Shown here: positions 30,406-39,964 of the stretch, piece after piece
Layout of the letters: each line of letters begins with the position of its first letter
How positions within the stretch are numbered: position 1 is the stretch's first letter
Source of the DNA: Halodesulfurarchaeum sp.
Lineage (GTDB): Archaea > Halobacteriota > Halobacteria > Halobacteriales > Halobacteriaceae
DNA: 56,502 bases
Reading direction: 5' to 3'
Assembly (NCBI GenBank): GCA_042216995.1
Contig: JBDGTI010000045.1
Span: 223 to 56,724 of the forward strand
The notes under the pieces: generated by a model
The model's database searches: none
Told to the model about the DNA's origin: nothing
The model's input: the letters and a program-made list of their open reading frames with translations, nothing else
Made by a program: the position numbers and the translations under genes

Positions 30406-31653
30406 TTATTCGTACAGCGGGTACTCGTCGGTCAGGCGATCGACTTCCTCCCCGACTTCGTCGATGACCGACTCGTCATCGATGTTGTCAAGTACGCGCC
30501 CGATGAGCTGGCCGACCTCGCGCATCTCCGCCTCCTCGAAGCCACGGGAGGTGAGCCCGGGCGAGCCGATGCGAATGCCGGAGGGGTTCTTGGCCGATCG
30601 GGTCTCGCCGGGCACGGTGTTGGCGTTCAGGACGATGCCCGCTTCCTCGAGGGCGTCGGCGGCCTCGTTTCCGGTGACGTCGGGATGGGACTCCCGCAGG
30701 TCGACCAGGATGAGGTGGTTGTCGGTGCCACCCGAGACGAGTTTGAAGCCCTGTTCGGCCATGCTCTCGCCGAGCGCCGTGGCGTTTTCGACCGTCTGGG
30801 CCGCGTACTCCTCGAACTCGGGTTCGAGGGCCTCGCCGAAACCGACGGCCTTGCCCGCGATGTTGTGCATGAGCGGACCGCCCTGGATGCCCGGGAAGAC
30901 GGTCTTGTCGATGAGGTCGGCATGTTCCTCGCTCGTGAGGATCATGCCGCCACGGCCGGCCCGGATCGTCTTGTGGGTCGAACCGGTCGTGAAGTCCGCG
31001 ACACCGACCGGGTTGGGGTGTTCGCCGGCGGCGACCAGCCCGGTGATGTGAGCCATGTCCGCGAGGTGGTAGGCGCCGACGTCATCGGCGGACGCCTGGA
31101 CGCGCTCCCAGTCGACGACCCGGGGATACGCGGAGTAGCCCGAGATGATGATGTCGGGCTCGAACTCGTGGGCCTTCTCATCCAGCATCTCGTAGTCGAT
31201 CCGGCCCGTCTCCGGATCGATCTCGTACTGCTCGACGTCATAGAGGGTGCCCGAGAAGTTGACCGGATGGCCGTGGCTCAGGTGGCCGCCGTGGTTGAGG
31301 TCGAGCGAGAGGATCTTATCTCCCGGCTCGAGAACGCTGAACAGGACGGCCATGTTGGCCTGGGTCCCGCTGTGGGGCTGGACGTTGACGTGGTCCGCGT
31401 CGTAGAGTTCTTTTGCGCGGTCGATCGCCAGCTGTTCGATCTCGTCGACGTGCTCACAGCCGCCGTAGTATCGTTCGCCGGGGTACCCCTCTGCGTACTT
31501 GTTCGTCAGGGGGCTGCCCTGCGCGGAGATGACCGCCTCCGAGACGGCGTTCTCGCTGGCGATCATCATCAGGGTGTTTTCCTGCCGATCGGTCTCGCTG
31601 CGGAGTGCGTCTGCGACGTCCGGATCACTGTCCTCGACTGGATCGAAGTTCAT
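30406..31653 (-). CDS. glyA: Serine hydroxymethyltransferase
   Basis: IASEN, NKYAEGYPG.RYYGG, HGGHLSHG, PLP Lys in STHKT. Confidence 0.96.
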   Translation of the reverse strand: MNFDPVEDSDPDVADALRSETDRQENTLMMIASENAVSEAVISAQGSPLTNKYAEGYPGERYYGGCEHVDEIEQLAIDRAKELYDADHVNVQPHSGTQANMAVLFSVLEPGDKILSLDLNHGGHLSHGHPVNFSGTLYDVEQYEIDPETGRIDYEMLDEKAHEFEPDIIISGYSAYPRVVDWERVQASADDVGAYHLADMAHITGLVAAGEHPNPVGVADFTTGSTHKTIRAGRGGMILTSEEHADLIDKTVFPGIQGGPLMHNIAGKAVGFGEALEPEFEEYAAQTVENATALGESMAEQGFKLVSGGTDNHLILVDLRESHPDVTGNEAADALEEAGIVLNANTVPGETRSAKNPSGIRIGSPGLTSRGFEEAEMREVGQLIGRVLDNIDDESVIDEVGEEVDRLTDEYPLYE

Positions 31654-31767
31654 TACGCGTACATCTACGACCGTCCCCACCGTAACTCTAATGGATCGGG
31701 CATGGAATCGAACAGTCTCCCGAAACCGACGGACTACAGTTGGACGGACGAACCGACCGTTCGCCGA

Positions 31768-32397
31768 TCAGGAGTCGACCGCGTGATGGATCTCACAGAC
31801 GTGTCCCCGTTCGAGTGCGACGACGAGCGGAACGGCGGTATCACAGCGGTCGCAGTGCAGATGCACGTCGATCGACACCGCCGCCTCTTCGGCACCGGCG
31901 ATCTCGCCCTTCGATCCGAGCGCAGCCACGGCCTCCTCAATCTTCCCCCTGGCCTGTGATCGGGAAATCTCGATGCTGTTGCGTTCCCAGTCGGTCGTGG
32001 CCTCCCGGGTCTTCTCGCCGCCGAGACAGTCGGTGAGGTGCCCCCGCATCGAACTCCAGGAGACCATGTCGGCAAGCAGCTGTTCGGCGTCGATCCCCGC
32101 GGCGGCCAGTTCGTCCTGCAGATCGAGCTTCTGGAGTTCGTCCTCCCCGGTCAGGACCTCGTACTCCGCGGTTAGCTGCGGGTCGCTGACCCGCCGATCC
32201 GCCCGTTCGGCGGCCCGTTCGAACAGCTGTCGGTTGAACCAGTCCGTCAGCGTCCGGTATCCGTGTTCCCGGTACCCATCCCGCCCCTGCCACCGGGCGA
32301 GAAGCGCATCCGAAAGTGTCAGCTCCGACGGGACGGCGTCGGGGACCCCGTACTTCTCCGCGACGCGAGCGACCTTACAGCAGTACTCGGTTGTCAT
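31768..32397 (-). CDS. rdfA: Rod-determining factor RdfA-like protein
   Basis: CKVARVAEKYG, LLARW.G, YRTLTDWFN, DMVSW..MR.HL..C, C-terminal CDRC...C. Confidence 0.75.
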   Translation of the reverse strand: MTTEYCCKVARVAEKYGVPDAVPSELTLSDALLARWQGRDGYREHGYRTLTDWFNRQLFERAAERADRRVSDPQLTAEYEVLTGEDELQKLDLQDELAAAGIDAEQLLADMVSWSSMRGHLTDCLGGEKTREATTDWERNSIEISRSQARGKIEEAVAALGSKGEIAGAEEAAVSIDVHLHCDRCDTAVPLVVALERGHVCEIHHAVDS

Positions 32398-32430
32398 GGA
32401 TATGAGTGCACGGCGATACCGTCTGTGGAG

Positions 32431-32476
32431 TACACGTCCTCACCGTGTATCAATACACGTCCTTATGGTGTATCAA
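32431..32476. repeat. Imperfect 23-bp tandem repeat with a junction palindrome, upstream of rdfA
   Basis: TACACGTCCTCACCGTGTATCAA / TACACGTCCTTATGGTGTATCAA; palindrome CGTGTAT-CA-ATACACG at 32444-32459. Confidence 0.85.
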
Positions 32477-32538
32477 AATTTCCCCGCCCGACCGGCCATT
32501 CGCGTGCGGGCCCCGAAAACCGCGGGCGATCGATTCGG

Positions 32539-33837
32539 CTAGAGCCGGTCCCAGAGCTCTTCGCTGGCCTCGCCGACCGCCTGGAGGTCGGCCTCGGAGA
32601 CGCCCGTGACGCCGACGCCCTCCTCGTAGACCACCTCACCGCCGATGATGGTCTTGGTGACGTCGCTCTCGCTGGCCGCGTTGACCACGTAGTAGGGGGC
32701 ACTCCCCGGCAGGACCGGGTTGGGGCCCATGTCGAGGACCGCGAAGTCGGCCTTCTTGCCGACCTCGATGCTCCCGACGGCATCTTCCATCCCGAGCACT
32801 TCCGCGCTGCCCCGGGTCGCCCACTCGAGGGCCTTGGCGGCGTCGAACCCGCTCGGGTTGGTCTGCTTGAGCTTGTGGATGCCGACGGCGGTCCGCATCG
32901 TCTCGAACATGTCGGGGTCCCAGCCGTCGTCCCCGATCCCGATGGTCAGGCCCTTCTCCTCCATGGTCTCGACGTCGGCGATCCCGACCGCGTTGTTGGT
33001 GTTCGAGTAGGGGTTGTGCGCGAGGCCCACGTCGTGTTCGGCCAGGACCTCGATCTCGTCCTCGGTCGCGTGGACGCCGTGGGCCGCGATGACGTCGGCG
33101 TCGAAAAAGCCCATGTCCTCGAGGGCGTGGACCGGGCGCTTGCCGTACTCCTTGATCGACTCGTGGACGTCGACCAGGCCCTCCTCGAGGTGGATCTGGA
33201 TCGGACGGTCGTCATCGACCGCCCGCTCGACGGTGTCCGTGACCGTCTCCTCGGTGTTGGTAAAGAGGGTGTGAAGGCAGTAGTGACCCTCGACGTTCTC
33301 GTACTCGTCCTCTTCCTCGGCGATGAACCGCTCGTTCTCATCGATTCCCGCGGTCGCCTCCTCGACCGAGTTCCGGGCGGTGGCCTCGAAGGCGAGCATC
33401 GCGCGGATCGGGGTCTGGCTCACGCCTTCCGCGACGGCCCTGAGGCCGCCAGGGAGGGTGTTCGGCCCGGAGTAATTGTCACAGAAGGTCGTCACGCCGC
33501 CCTCGAGCATCTCCTTGACGGAGCCGACCGCGGACGTCCGGGCGGTCTTCTCCGTGAACGCCTCGTCGACCCGCCACCAGATGTCGGTGAGGTTCTCGTA
33601 GAAACTCTGCGGGCTGACGTCGAGTGGGGCTCCCCGAATCGGGAGGGAGTACATGTGCGTGTGGGCGTTGACCAGCCCCGGAATGACGACGTCGTCCGAC
33701 GCGTCGATCACGTCCTCGCCGGAGACAAAGCCATCGTCGATCTCTGCGATCTCGCCGTCCTCGACGACCACGTGAACGTCCTCCAGCACGTCGGAGGAGT
33801 CGTTCATCGTTACCAGTGTGCCTGCGTTGAGTTCCAT
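32539..33837 (-). CDS. ssnA: SsnA-like amidohydrolase
   Basis: HTHMYS, F...L..IWWRVD, FEATARN....GIDEN.RF, HTLFT, HLEEG..DV, HNPYSNTNNAVG; these match the SsnA subfamily. Confidence 0.82.
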   Translation of the reverse strand: MELNAGTLVTMNDSSDVLEDVHVVVEDGEIAEIDDGFVSGEDVIDASDDVVIPGLVNAHTHMYSLPIRGAPLDVSPQSFYENLTDIWWRVDEAFTEKTARTSAVGSVKEMLEGGVTTFCDNYSGPNTLPGGLRAVAEGVSQTPIRAMLAFEATARNSVEEATAGIDENERFIAEEEDEYENVEGHYCLHTLFTNTEETVTDTVERAVDDDRPIQIHLEEGLVDVHESIKEYGKRPVHALEDMGFFDADVIAAHGVHATEDEIEVLAEHDVGLAHNPYSNTNNAVGIADVETMEEKGLTIGIGDDGWDPDMFETMRTAVGIHKLKQTNPSGFDAAKALEWATRGSAEVLGMEDAVGSIEVGKKADFAVLDMGPNPVLPGSAPYYVVNAASESDVTKTIIGGEVVYEEGVGVTGVSEADLQAVGEASEELWDRL

Positions 33838-33860
33838 GCAGCTATCGATAGCGTCGCAGC

Positions 33861-33870
33861 TTTTATAAAA
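33861..33870 (-). promoter_or_regulatory. TATA box of the ssnA-like gene (leaderless spacing)
   Basis: TTTTATAAAA 24-33 nt upstream of ATG 33837. Confidence 0.6.
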
Positions 33871-34118
33871 GTATTCGGTTCGGTTGCGAACCGGTCCCAC
33901 AGGATACGGGGAGAGGACGATCGGCCGGCCGTTCGCCTCGCCACCGCGGTAATTAACCACCGACTGCATCACAGTACTGCGAGATCTCGGAATCGGGAGG
34001 GACTCTTTCCCTCTCCGGGTTTCTGGCTCCTGGGGCCACTCGCCGTGGGTCGTCTGTTGAGTGGCGATCCGAGTTCTCCGGGCAAGCGTTTTTGGTCGCG
34101 CCGAACGGGAGTACTCGT

Positions 34119-35459
34119 ATGGTCGACCTCCTCATCGAGGACGTGGACATCGCAAGCGCGAACGGCGTCGAACGCGGTTCGATCGCGATCGAGGACGGCG
34201 AGATCGAGGCCGTCGGGCCCGCAGTCGACGCGGACGCCGATGACCTCATCGACGGCGAGGGGCGGGTCGCGATGCCCGGAGTCGTGGACATCCACAATCA
34301 CCTCCAGGACGCGGAACTGTTCCCGGAAGGAATCGACGCCGCCACCCAGACGAAAAGCGCCCTGGCCGGCGGCGTCACGACGGTCGTCATGCTCCCGACC
34401 CAGACGCCAAAGGACACCCCAGAGGCGATCCGCGAATGGCGGGAGACGATCGAGGAACTGACCCACGTCGACTTCGGCCTCATCGCGGGCAACATTCAGG
34501 ACCCGACAGTCGACGTCGAGGGGATCATGGCCGAGGGCGTCCCGGACTTCAAGACGTTCACGGCCGAGCCCTACCAGATGGACGACGGCGGGATCGTGAA
34601 ACTCATGGACCGCGTGGGCGAGGCCGGCGGCAAGGTCCGGGTCCACAGCGAGTCACAGGGCATCCTCGACCACGCCCGGGAGCAGATCGACTCCGATGAC
34701 CCCGCGGTCTATCCCCGCACCGGCCCGGTCGAGGCCGAACTCGACGCCGTCAACCGCGTCGGCCTCTTCGGGGAGTACACGGACTGTCCGGTCCATCCCG
34801 TGCACATCTCCAGCGGGTCCGGCGTCCGGGAGGCCGATCGGTTCAAGAGCCGAGCGAAGATTCCGATCACCATCGAAACCTGTCCCCACTATCTGGCCTT
34901 CTCGGAGGATGACGCCGAGGAGTTGGGCCCGTTCCTCAAGGTGAATCCGGGACTGAAGTCCGAGGAGGAAGTCAAGCGCCTCTGGGCGGCCGTCGAGGAC
35001 GGGACCGTCGATCTGATCGCGAGCGAGCATTTCCCCACCTACCGGGAGGAGCGTGAGAAAGGCTGGGAGAACATCTGGGAGCCCTACGCCGGACTGCCCG
35101 GCCTGGAGACCATGCTCGAGTTCCTGGTCAGCGAGGGCGTCCACGAGGGGCGGATCACCTGGGAGCGACTCGTCGAGTTGGTCGCGAGCCGGCCGGCCAA
35201 GGAAGCCCGCATCTTCCCCCGAAAGGGCGCCATCCGGGAGGGGACCGACGCCGACCTGGTCCTGGTCGGCGAGGACGAGTACACCGTCTCGGCCGAGGAC
35301 CTGGTCTTCAACGGCGGCTGGACGCCCTACGAGGGGATGGAGTGGACCGCAACCGTCGACGTCGTGATCCGTGACGGGGAAATCGCCGCCGAGGACCACG
35401 AGGTCTCCTCGCAACGCGGGGCCGGCGAGTTCATCCCCCGCGGCCCGAAGGCCGAGTAG
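34119..35459 (+). CDS. Cyclic amidohydrolase (allantoinase/hydantoinase family; HyuA-like role)
   Basis: PGVVDIHNH, AGGVTTV, FKTF, VHSE, VHIS, ETCPHYL, KVNP, KGAI..G.DADLV, WTPYEG. Confidence 0.85.
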   Translation: MVDLLIEDVDIASANGVERGSIAIEDGEIEAVGPAVDADADDLIDGEGRVAMPGVVDIHNHLQDAELFPEGIDAATQTKSALAGGVTTVVMLPTQTPKDTPEAIREWRETIEELTHVDFGLIAGNIQDPTVDVEGIMAEGVPDFKTFTAEPYQMDDGGIVKLMDRVGEAGGKVRVHSESQGILDHAREQIDSDDPAVYPRTGPVEAELDAVNRVGLFGEYTDCPVHPVHISSGSGVREADRFKSRAKIPITIETCPHYLAFSEDDAEELGPFLKVNPGLKSEEEVKRLWAAVEDGTVDLIASEHFPTYREEREKGWENIWEPYAGLPGLETMLEFLVSEGVHEGRITWERLVELVASRPAKEARIFPRKGAIREGTDADLVLVGEDEYTVSAEDLVFNGGWTPYEGMEWTATVDVVIRDGEIAAEDHEVSSQRGAGEFIPRGPKAE

Positions 35460-36149
35460 CTACAGGTCCTCGCGCACGTCGACGTCACGGAGGACGCCCG
35501 GATCCTCGGTCTCGATCACGGCGATGTCCTCGGCCGACCAGAGCACCGGTCGCCCTCCGGTGTCCCCGGTCACGGCTGCCAGGTCCTCGTAGTACTCGCT
35601 CCCGAAGAGCGTGGGATTCCCGCGGGAACCGTCGGAGGCCGGGGCCACGATGCCGCCCAGGTCTTCGAGGTACCCTTCGACGAGCAGGTCGACGGTCTCG
35701 GGGCGCACGAACGGCATATCTCCCAGGCCGAAGACGGTGGCCGCCCAGTCGCCCTCGCGGGCCCGCTCGACGCCGCGTCGGAGCGACGTGCTCTGGCCCT
35801 CCGGCCAGTCCTCGTTCGTGATGATCTCGACGTCGAGGTCGGCGAGCGCGTCCCGGACCGCCGCCTCGCGATGGCCGACGACGACGGTCACCTCGGGGAG
35901 ACAGCTCTCGAGGAGCAGACCGACTGCTCGGACGATCATCGGTTCGCCGTCGACGGGTTCCAGGAGCTTATAGCCCCCCTCGAACCGGCGTCCCTCGCCG
36001 GCGGCCAACACGACGGCACCGACGTCCGGCACGCCGCTCGGTCGGGACCGTTCCAGGATCGATTCGTCGAACCAGGTCGCCGAGACGGCCGTCTCGTCCG
36101 TCCTCCCGGTTGGGTTCGGTTCCTCGCCGTCGCCCGATTGCTGTGACAT
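35460..36149 (-). CDS. mocA: Molybdenum cofactor cytidylyltransferase (MocA/YgfJ-like)
   Basis: LAAGEGRRF, GQSTSL, LGDMP, GNPTLF, GDTGGR, DVD. Confidence 0.82.
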   Translation of the reverse strand: MSQQSGDGEEPNPTGRTDETAVSATWFDESILERSRPSGVPDVGAVVLAAGEGRRFEGGYKLLEPVDGEPMIVRAVGLLLESCLPEVTVVVGHREAAVRDALADLDVEIITNEDWPEGQSTSLRRGVERAREGDWAATVFGLGDMPFVRPETVDLLVEGYLEDLGGIVAPASDGSRGNPTLFGSEYYEDLAAVTGDTGGRPVLWSAEDIAVIETEDPGVLRDVDVREDL

Positions 36150-37345
36150 CACTCTAGACTATCGTAGGGCACCACCGTAACTTGTTCCCCCGCGGAGATC
36201 GGCTCGGCGGCGAGAATCGCGCCGTCGGCCCGCGCGATCCGGGTCACCGAGGACAGCGCCGTGGTCTTGAAGACGTTGCCGTAGATGGGCACGGCCGAGG
36301 ACTCGTGGCCCAGCGGCACCACCTCCCCGCCGGCGAGCGTCGCCGGGATGGCGTAGGTGAAATCCGGGTTCGGGATCCCCACCTCGACGGGACAGACTCC
36401 CTGAACGGTCGGCAACCGGGACGAACCCGTGAAAAAGACCCGCAGGACGAAGGCCGCGACCGTGTAGGCGGCAAACGGTTTGCCGGGAATCGCGAACGCG
36501 ACGGCCGAGTTCAGGTCCGCCACCCCGAGAGACTTGCCCGGCCGGAACTGCAGTCCGTGGAACCGTACCTCCCCGAGGGCCTCGAGGGCCTCGATGACGT
36601 AGTCCTTCGAACCGCGGCTGGTTCCCCCGGTCGTCGCGACGACGTCGTACTCCTCGGCGAGGGCGGCGATCCTCGAGCGCACGGTCTCGGGATCGTCCCG
36701 CACTACGCCCTCGAAGGAGGCCGTCGCGCCCCACGAGTCAAACAGCTCCAGGAGCATCTCGGAGTCCCGATCCATCGACGGGTCCTGGGCTATCTCCGTC
36801 CCGGTGGCGAGCACGGCCACCGAGAACGGCCGGAAGACCGGCACATCGTCTCTCCCGAGGTCCGCGAGCAGAATGGCATCCCTGGCCCCGAGCACGTCGC
36901 CCGCCTCGTATACCAGTTCGCCTGCCGTCACGTTCGAGCCCTGTCGGTAGGTGTACTCCCCCGGCTCGACCGGCGGGCCGTAAAGCTGGCCGTCCTCGAC
37001 GGTGGCGTCTTCCGAGCGGATCACGGCGTCGGCCGTCTCCGGCAACGGGCCACCGGTCGTGATCCGAACGGCCGTCCCGTCCGGGACCGCGGGACGCTCG
37101 TCTTCCGGAAACACGTCCTCGATCACCTCGAGGGGGAACGACTGGTCGGCCGCGACGGCATACCCGTCCATCATCGCCCGGTCGTGTTCGGGTCGATCGG
37201 CTTTCGCACGGACCTCGGCCGCAACGGTACGATTGGGGATGCCCGCCCCCGGTTCGACGGATGTCGCCTCGAGGGACCGGATCGTCTCCGACCGGAGCCC
37301 CCGGAGTATCTCCACCGCTCTCGCCCGCGTGACGAACCGATTCAT
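36149..37345 (-). CDS. moeA: Molybdopterin molybdotransferase
   Basis: AMMDGYAV, ITTGGPLP..ADAVIR.E, TGTE, TTGGTS.G.KD, RPGK. Confidence 0.85.
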   Translation of the reverse strand: MNRFVTRARAVEILRGLRSETIRSLEATSVEPGAGIPNRTVAAEVRAKADRPEHDRAMMDGYAVAADQSFPLEVIEDVFPEDERPAVPDGTAVRITTGGPLPETADAVIRSEDATVEDGQLYGPPVEPGEYTYRQGSNVTAGELVYEAGDVLGARDAILLADLGRDDVPVFRPFSVAVLATGTEIAQDPSMDRDSEMLLELFDSWGATASFEGVVRDDPETVRSRIAALAEEYDVVATTGGTSRGSKDYVIEALEALGEVRFHGLQFRPGKSLGVADLNSAVAFAIPGKPFAAYTVAAFVLRVFFTGSSRLPTVQGVCPVEVGIPNPDFTYAIPATLAGGEVVPLGHESSAVPIYGNVFKTTALSSVTRIARADGAILAAEPISAGEQVTVVPYDSLE

Positions 37346-37430
37346 ATCGCCACCTGGGACCGAACGAGCAAACCTCTTTCCCCGACGACAGACGGACAAT
37401 TTTACGTCCGGGGGGCGGCAACGCGGTGGT

Positions 37431-38663
37431 ATGGGCATGGAACACGTCGAAGCCTATCGGTGTATCGAGTGCGGGGAGGAGTACGAACCCGAGGGGATCA
37501 TGTACACCTGCCCCAACCACGACGACCCGATGGAGGGAATCCTCGATGTCGTCTATGACTACGACGCCATCGATGCGGACTTCGCCGACGAATTGGGCGG
37601 CGGGATTCCGGACCTCTGGAAGTATCGCCCGTTCCTGCCGGTCGCCGAGGACGCCGAGCCCGTGACCCTGGGCGAGGGCGGCACCGACCTGATCGAGGCG
37701 CCCCGACTGGGCGAGAAACTGGGCGTCGAACTGCACGTCAAAGACGACAGTCGGAACCCCACGGCGAGCTTCAAGGACCGGGCGACGGCAGTCACCGTCA
37801 CCAAGGCCGACCACCACGATCACGACGTCGTGACGTGTGCCTCGACCGGGAACGCGGCCGCGTCCCTCGCCGGGTACGCCGCCCGCGGCGGCCTCGACGC
37901 CCGAATCTTCGTGCCCGAGACGGCCCCGGAAGGCAAGCTCGCCCAGCCGCTGGTCTACGGCGCCGACGTGATTCAGGTCGAAGGGACCTACCCCGAGGCC
38001 GGCGAACTCAGCCTGGAAGCCACCGAGAAGTACGGCTGGTACAACCGCAACGCGGCGTTCAACCCCTTCCAGGTCGAGGGCAAGCGCACCGCCGGCCTGG
38101 AGATCGCCGAACAGACCATGGGAGAGGTCCCGGACTGGGTCGTCGTCTCGGTCGGCGACGGCTGTACCATCGCCGGGGTCTGGAAGGGGCTCAAGGAGTT
38201 CGAGAAACTGGGCTACATCGAGGAGACGCCGAAGATGCTCGGCGTCCAGGCCGAGGGCGCGCCCGTGATCCACGAGGCCTTCCACGGCGAGGAGAGCCTC
38301 GATCAGAAGGCCGAAACCCTGGCCGACAGCATCGCCGTCGCCGCGCCGGCGAACCTCCGCAAGGCCGTCAACGCCATGGAGGAGAGCGACGGGGACTCGG
38401 TCGCGGTCTCCGACCAGGAGATCCTCGACGCCGAACTCGAACTCGGAAGCACGGAGGGCCTGTTCACCGAACCCGCCGCCGCGGCGATCATCGCCGGGAC
38501 GGAGAAGGCCATCGAGCGTGACATCATCGAGGCGGGCGAATCGGTGGTCGTCGTCTCCAGCGGCTACGGGCTGAAGGACCTCGAGAACGCGAAGGCCGCG
38601 GGTCGTGATCCCTACTCGATCCCGCCCGAGATCGAGGAGGTCGAGGCCATCTTCGGCGATTAA
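37431..38663 (+). CDS. Threonine-synthase-like PLP enzyme (fold type II)
   Basis: N-terminal CIECG..CP, TLGEGGT, NPTASFKDR, CASTGNAAAS, EGKRT, EPAAA. Confidence 0.85.
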   Translation: MGMEHVEAYRCIECGEEYEPEGIMYTCPNHDDPMEGILDVVYDYDAIDADFADELGGGIPDLWKYRPFLPVAEDAEPVTLGEGGTDLIEAPRLGEKLGVELHVKDDSRNPTASFKDRATAVTVTKADHHDHDVVTCASTGNAAASLAGYAARGGLDARIFVPETAPEGKLAQPLVYGADVIQVEGTYPEAGELSLEATEKYGWYNRNAAFNPFQVEGKRTAGLEIAEQTMGEVPDWVVVSVGDGCTIAGVWKGLKEFEKLGYIEETPKMLGVQAEGAPVIHEAFHGEESLDQKAETLADSIAVAAPANLRKAVNAMEESDGDSVAVSDQEILDAELELGSTEGLFTEPAAAAIIAGTEKAIERDIIEAGESVVVVSSGYGLKDLENAKAAGRDPYSIPPEIEEVEAIFGD

Positions 38664-38764
38664 CGAGTTTTCTTGTCGACGATTTTTCAGCGCCGGAACT
38701 AGCCGCCGGCTGGTGATTCTCGATTCCGAAAAAGAACGCAAAACAGTGAGAAGACCCTACCCGA

Positions 38765-39817
38765 TTACTCGATCATCCGCCAGCCGTCCTGGTACTCATC
38801 GAGGAGCTTCTTCGAGCGCTCGTCGATGGGGTGATCGCGGTCGGGCACCTCGACCTCGTAGTCCGGCTCGAAGAGCCGGGTCGAGAAGTACCGCTCGCCG
38901 ACGTCGTTGATCATCGTCACGACCGTGTCGACCTCGTCGCGCTGCTCGAGGACCTTCTGGGCGCCCCTCACGTTCGAACCGCTGGAGATGCCACAGAAGA
39001 TGCCCTCGTTCTTGGGGAGCCAGTCGGCCATTTCCAGGGCCTCCTCGCTTTTGACGCGGACGATGCCCTCGAACAGTGCCGGATCCAGGTTCTTCGGGAT
39101 GAATCCGTCACCGATGCCCTCGATCTCGTGGGAGCCCCACTCGCCTTTGGCCAGGAGCGGCGCCTCGTACGGCTCGAGGGGGTAGATCTCGGTCGCGTCC
39201 TCGCCGTATTCCTCCTCGATGTGCCTGGCGATGCCCGTGACCGTGCCACCGGTCCCCTGCCCGGCGACGAACGCGTCCGGTGCGCCACCGAGCTGGTCGG
39301 TGATCTCCGGGCCCGTGGTCTTCTTGTGGGCGGCGACGTTGTCGTCGTTGCTGAACTGGTCGGGGAACCAGTACGTGTCGGGCTCTTCTTCCATCATCTC
39401 CTCGGCCTTGTCCTGGGCGAGGTCGACGTCGGACTCGGCGCCCGGCGTCTCGATGAGGTTCCCACCGTAGACCCGGATCAGCTTCTTGCGCTCCTCGCTC
39501 ATGCCCTCGGGCATGACGATGTTGACGTCGTAGCCCAGACGGGTACCGACGAAGGTACACGCGATGCCGGCGTTGCCGGTGGAGGTCTCGAGGATCTCCA
39601 TGTCCTCGGTGAGGTCACCACGCTTCTCGGCCTGCGTGATCATCTCGTAGTAGATCCGGTCCTTCAGGCTGTTCGACGGGTTGAACGTTTCCCACTTGGC
39701 GTAGATCGTCCCGTCGAGGCCCTCGCTGGCGTTGGTGAGCTCCACGAGCGGCGTGTTGCCGATGGTTTCGAACACGTCCGACGCAGCACTGCTGTTACGG
39801 TCCCATTCAGGAGCCAT
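38765..39817 (-). CDS. Cysteine synthase/CBS-family PLP enzyme
   Basis: IGNTPLV, NPSNSLKDR, ETSTGNAG, QFSN, GQGTGGT, IEGIG, GISSG. Confidence 0.88.
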   Translation of the reverse strand: MAPEWDRNSSAASDVFETIGNTPLVELTNASEGLDGTIYAKWETFNPSNSLKDRIYYEMITQAEKRGDLTEDMEILETSTGNAGIACTFVGTRLGYDVNIVMPEGMSEERKKLIRVYGGNLIETPGAESDVDLAQDKAEEMMEEEPDTYWFPDQFSNDDNVAAHKKTTGPEITDQLGGAPDAFVAGQGTGGTVTGIARHIEEEYGEDATEIYPLEPYEAPLLAKGEWGSHEIEGIGDGFIPKNLDPALFEGIVRVKSEEALEMADWLPKNEGIFCGISSGSNVRGAQKVLEQRDEVDTVVTMINDVGERYFSTRLFEPDYEVEVPDRDHPIDERSKKLLDEYQDGWRMIE

Positions 39818-39964
39818 ATGCGTTCGTAATAGGGGGTATCACTTATAACTTGAGTAATCGGACCGACGCTCCTGTCCAATCTTACATGGTAAATCAGGGC
39901 AAAATCGGGAGAGAAATCGAACGTACGCGAGAAAAATTATAGGAAATTCGAATTGACGGGGGCG

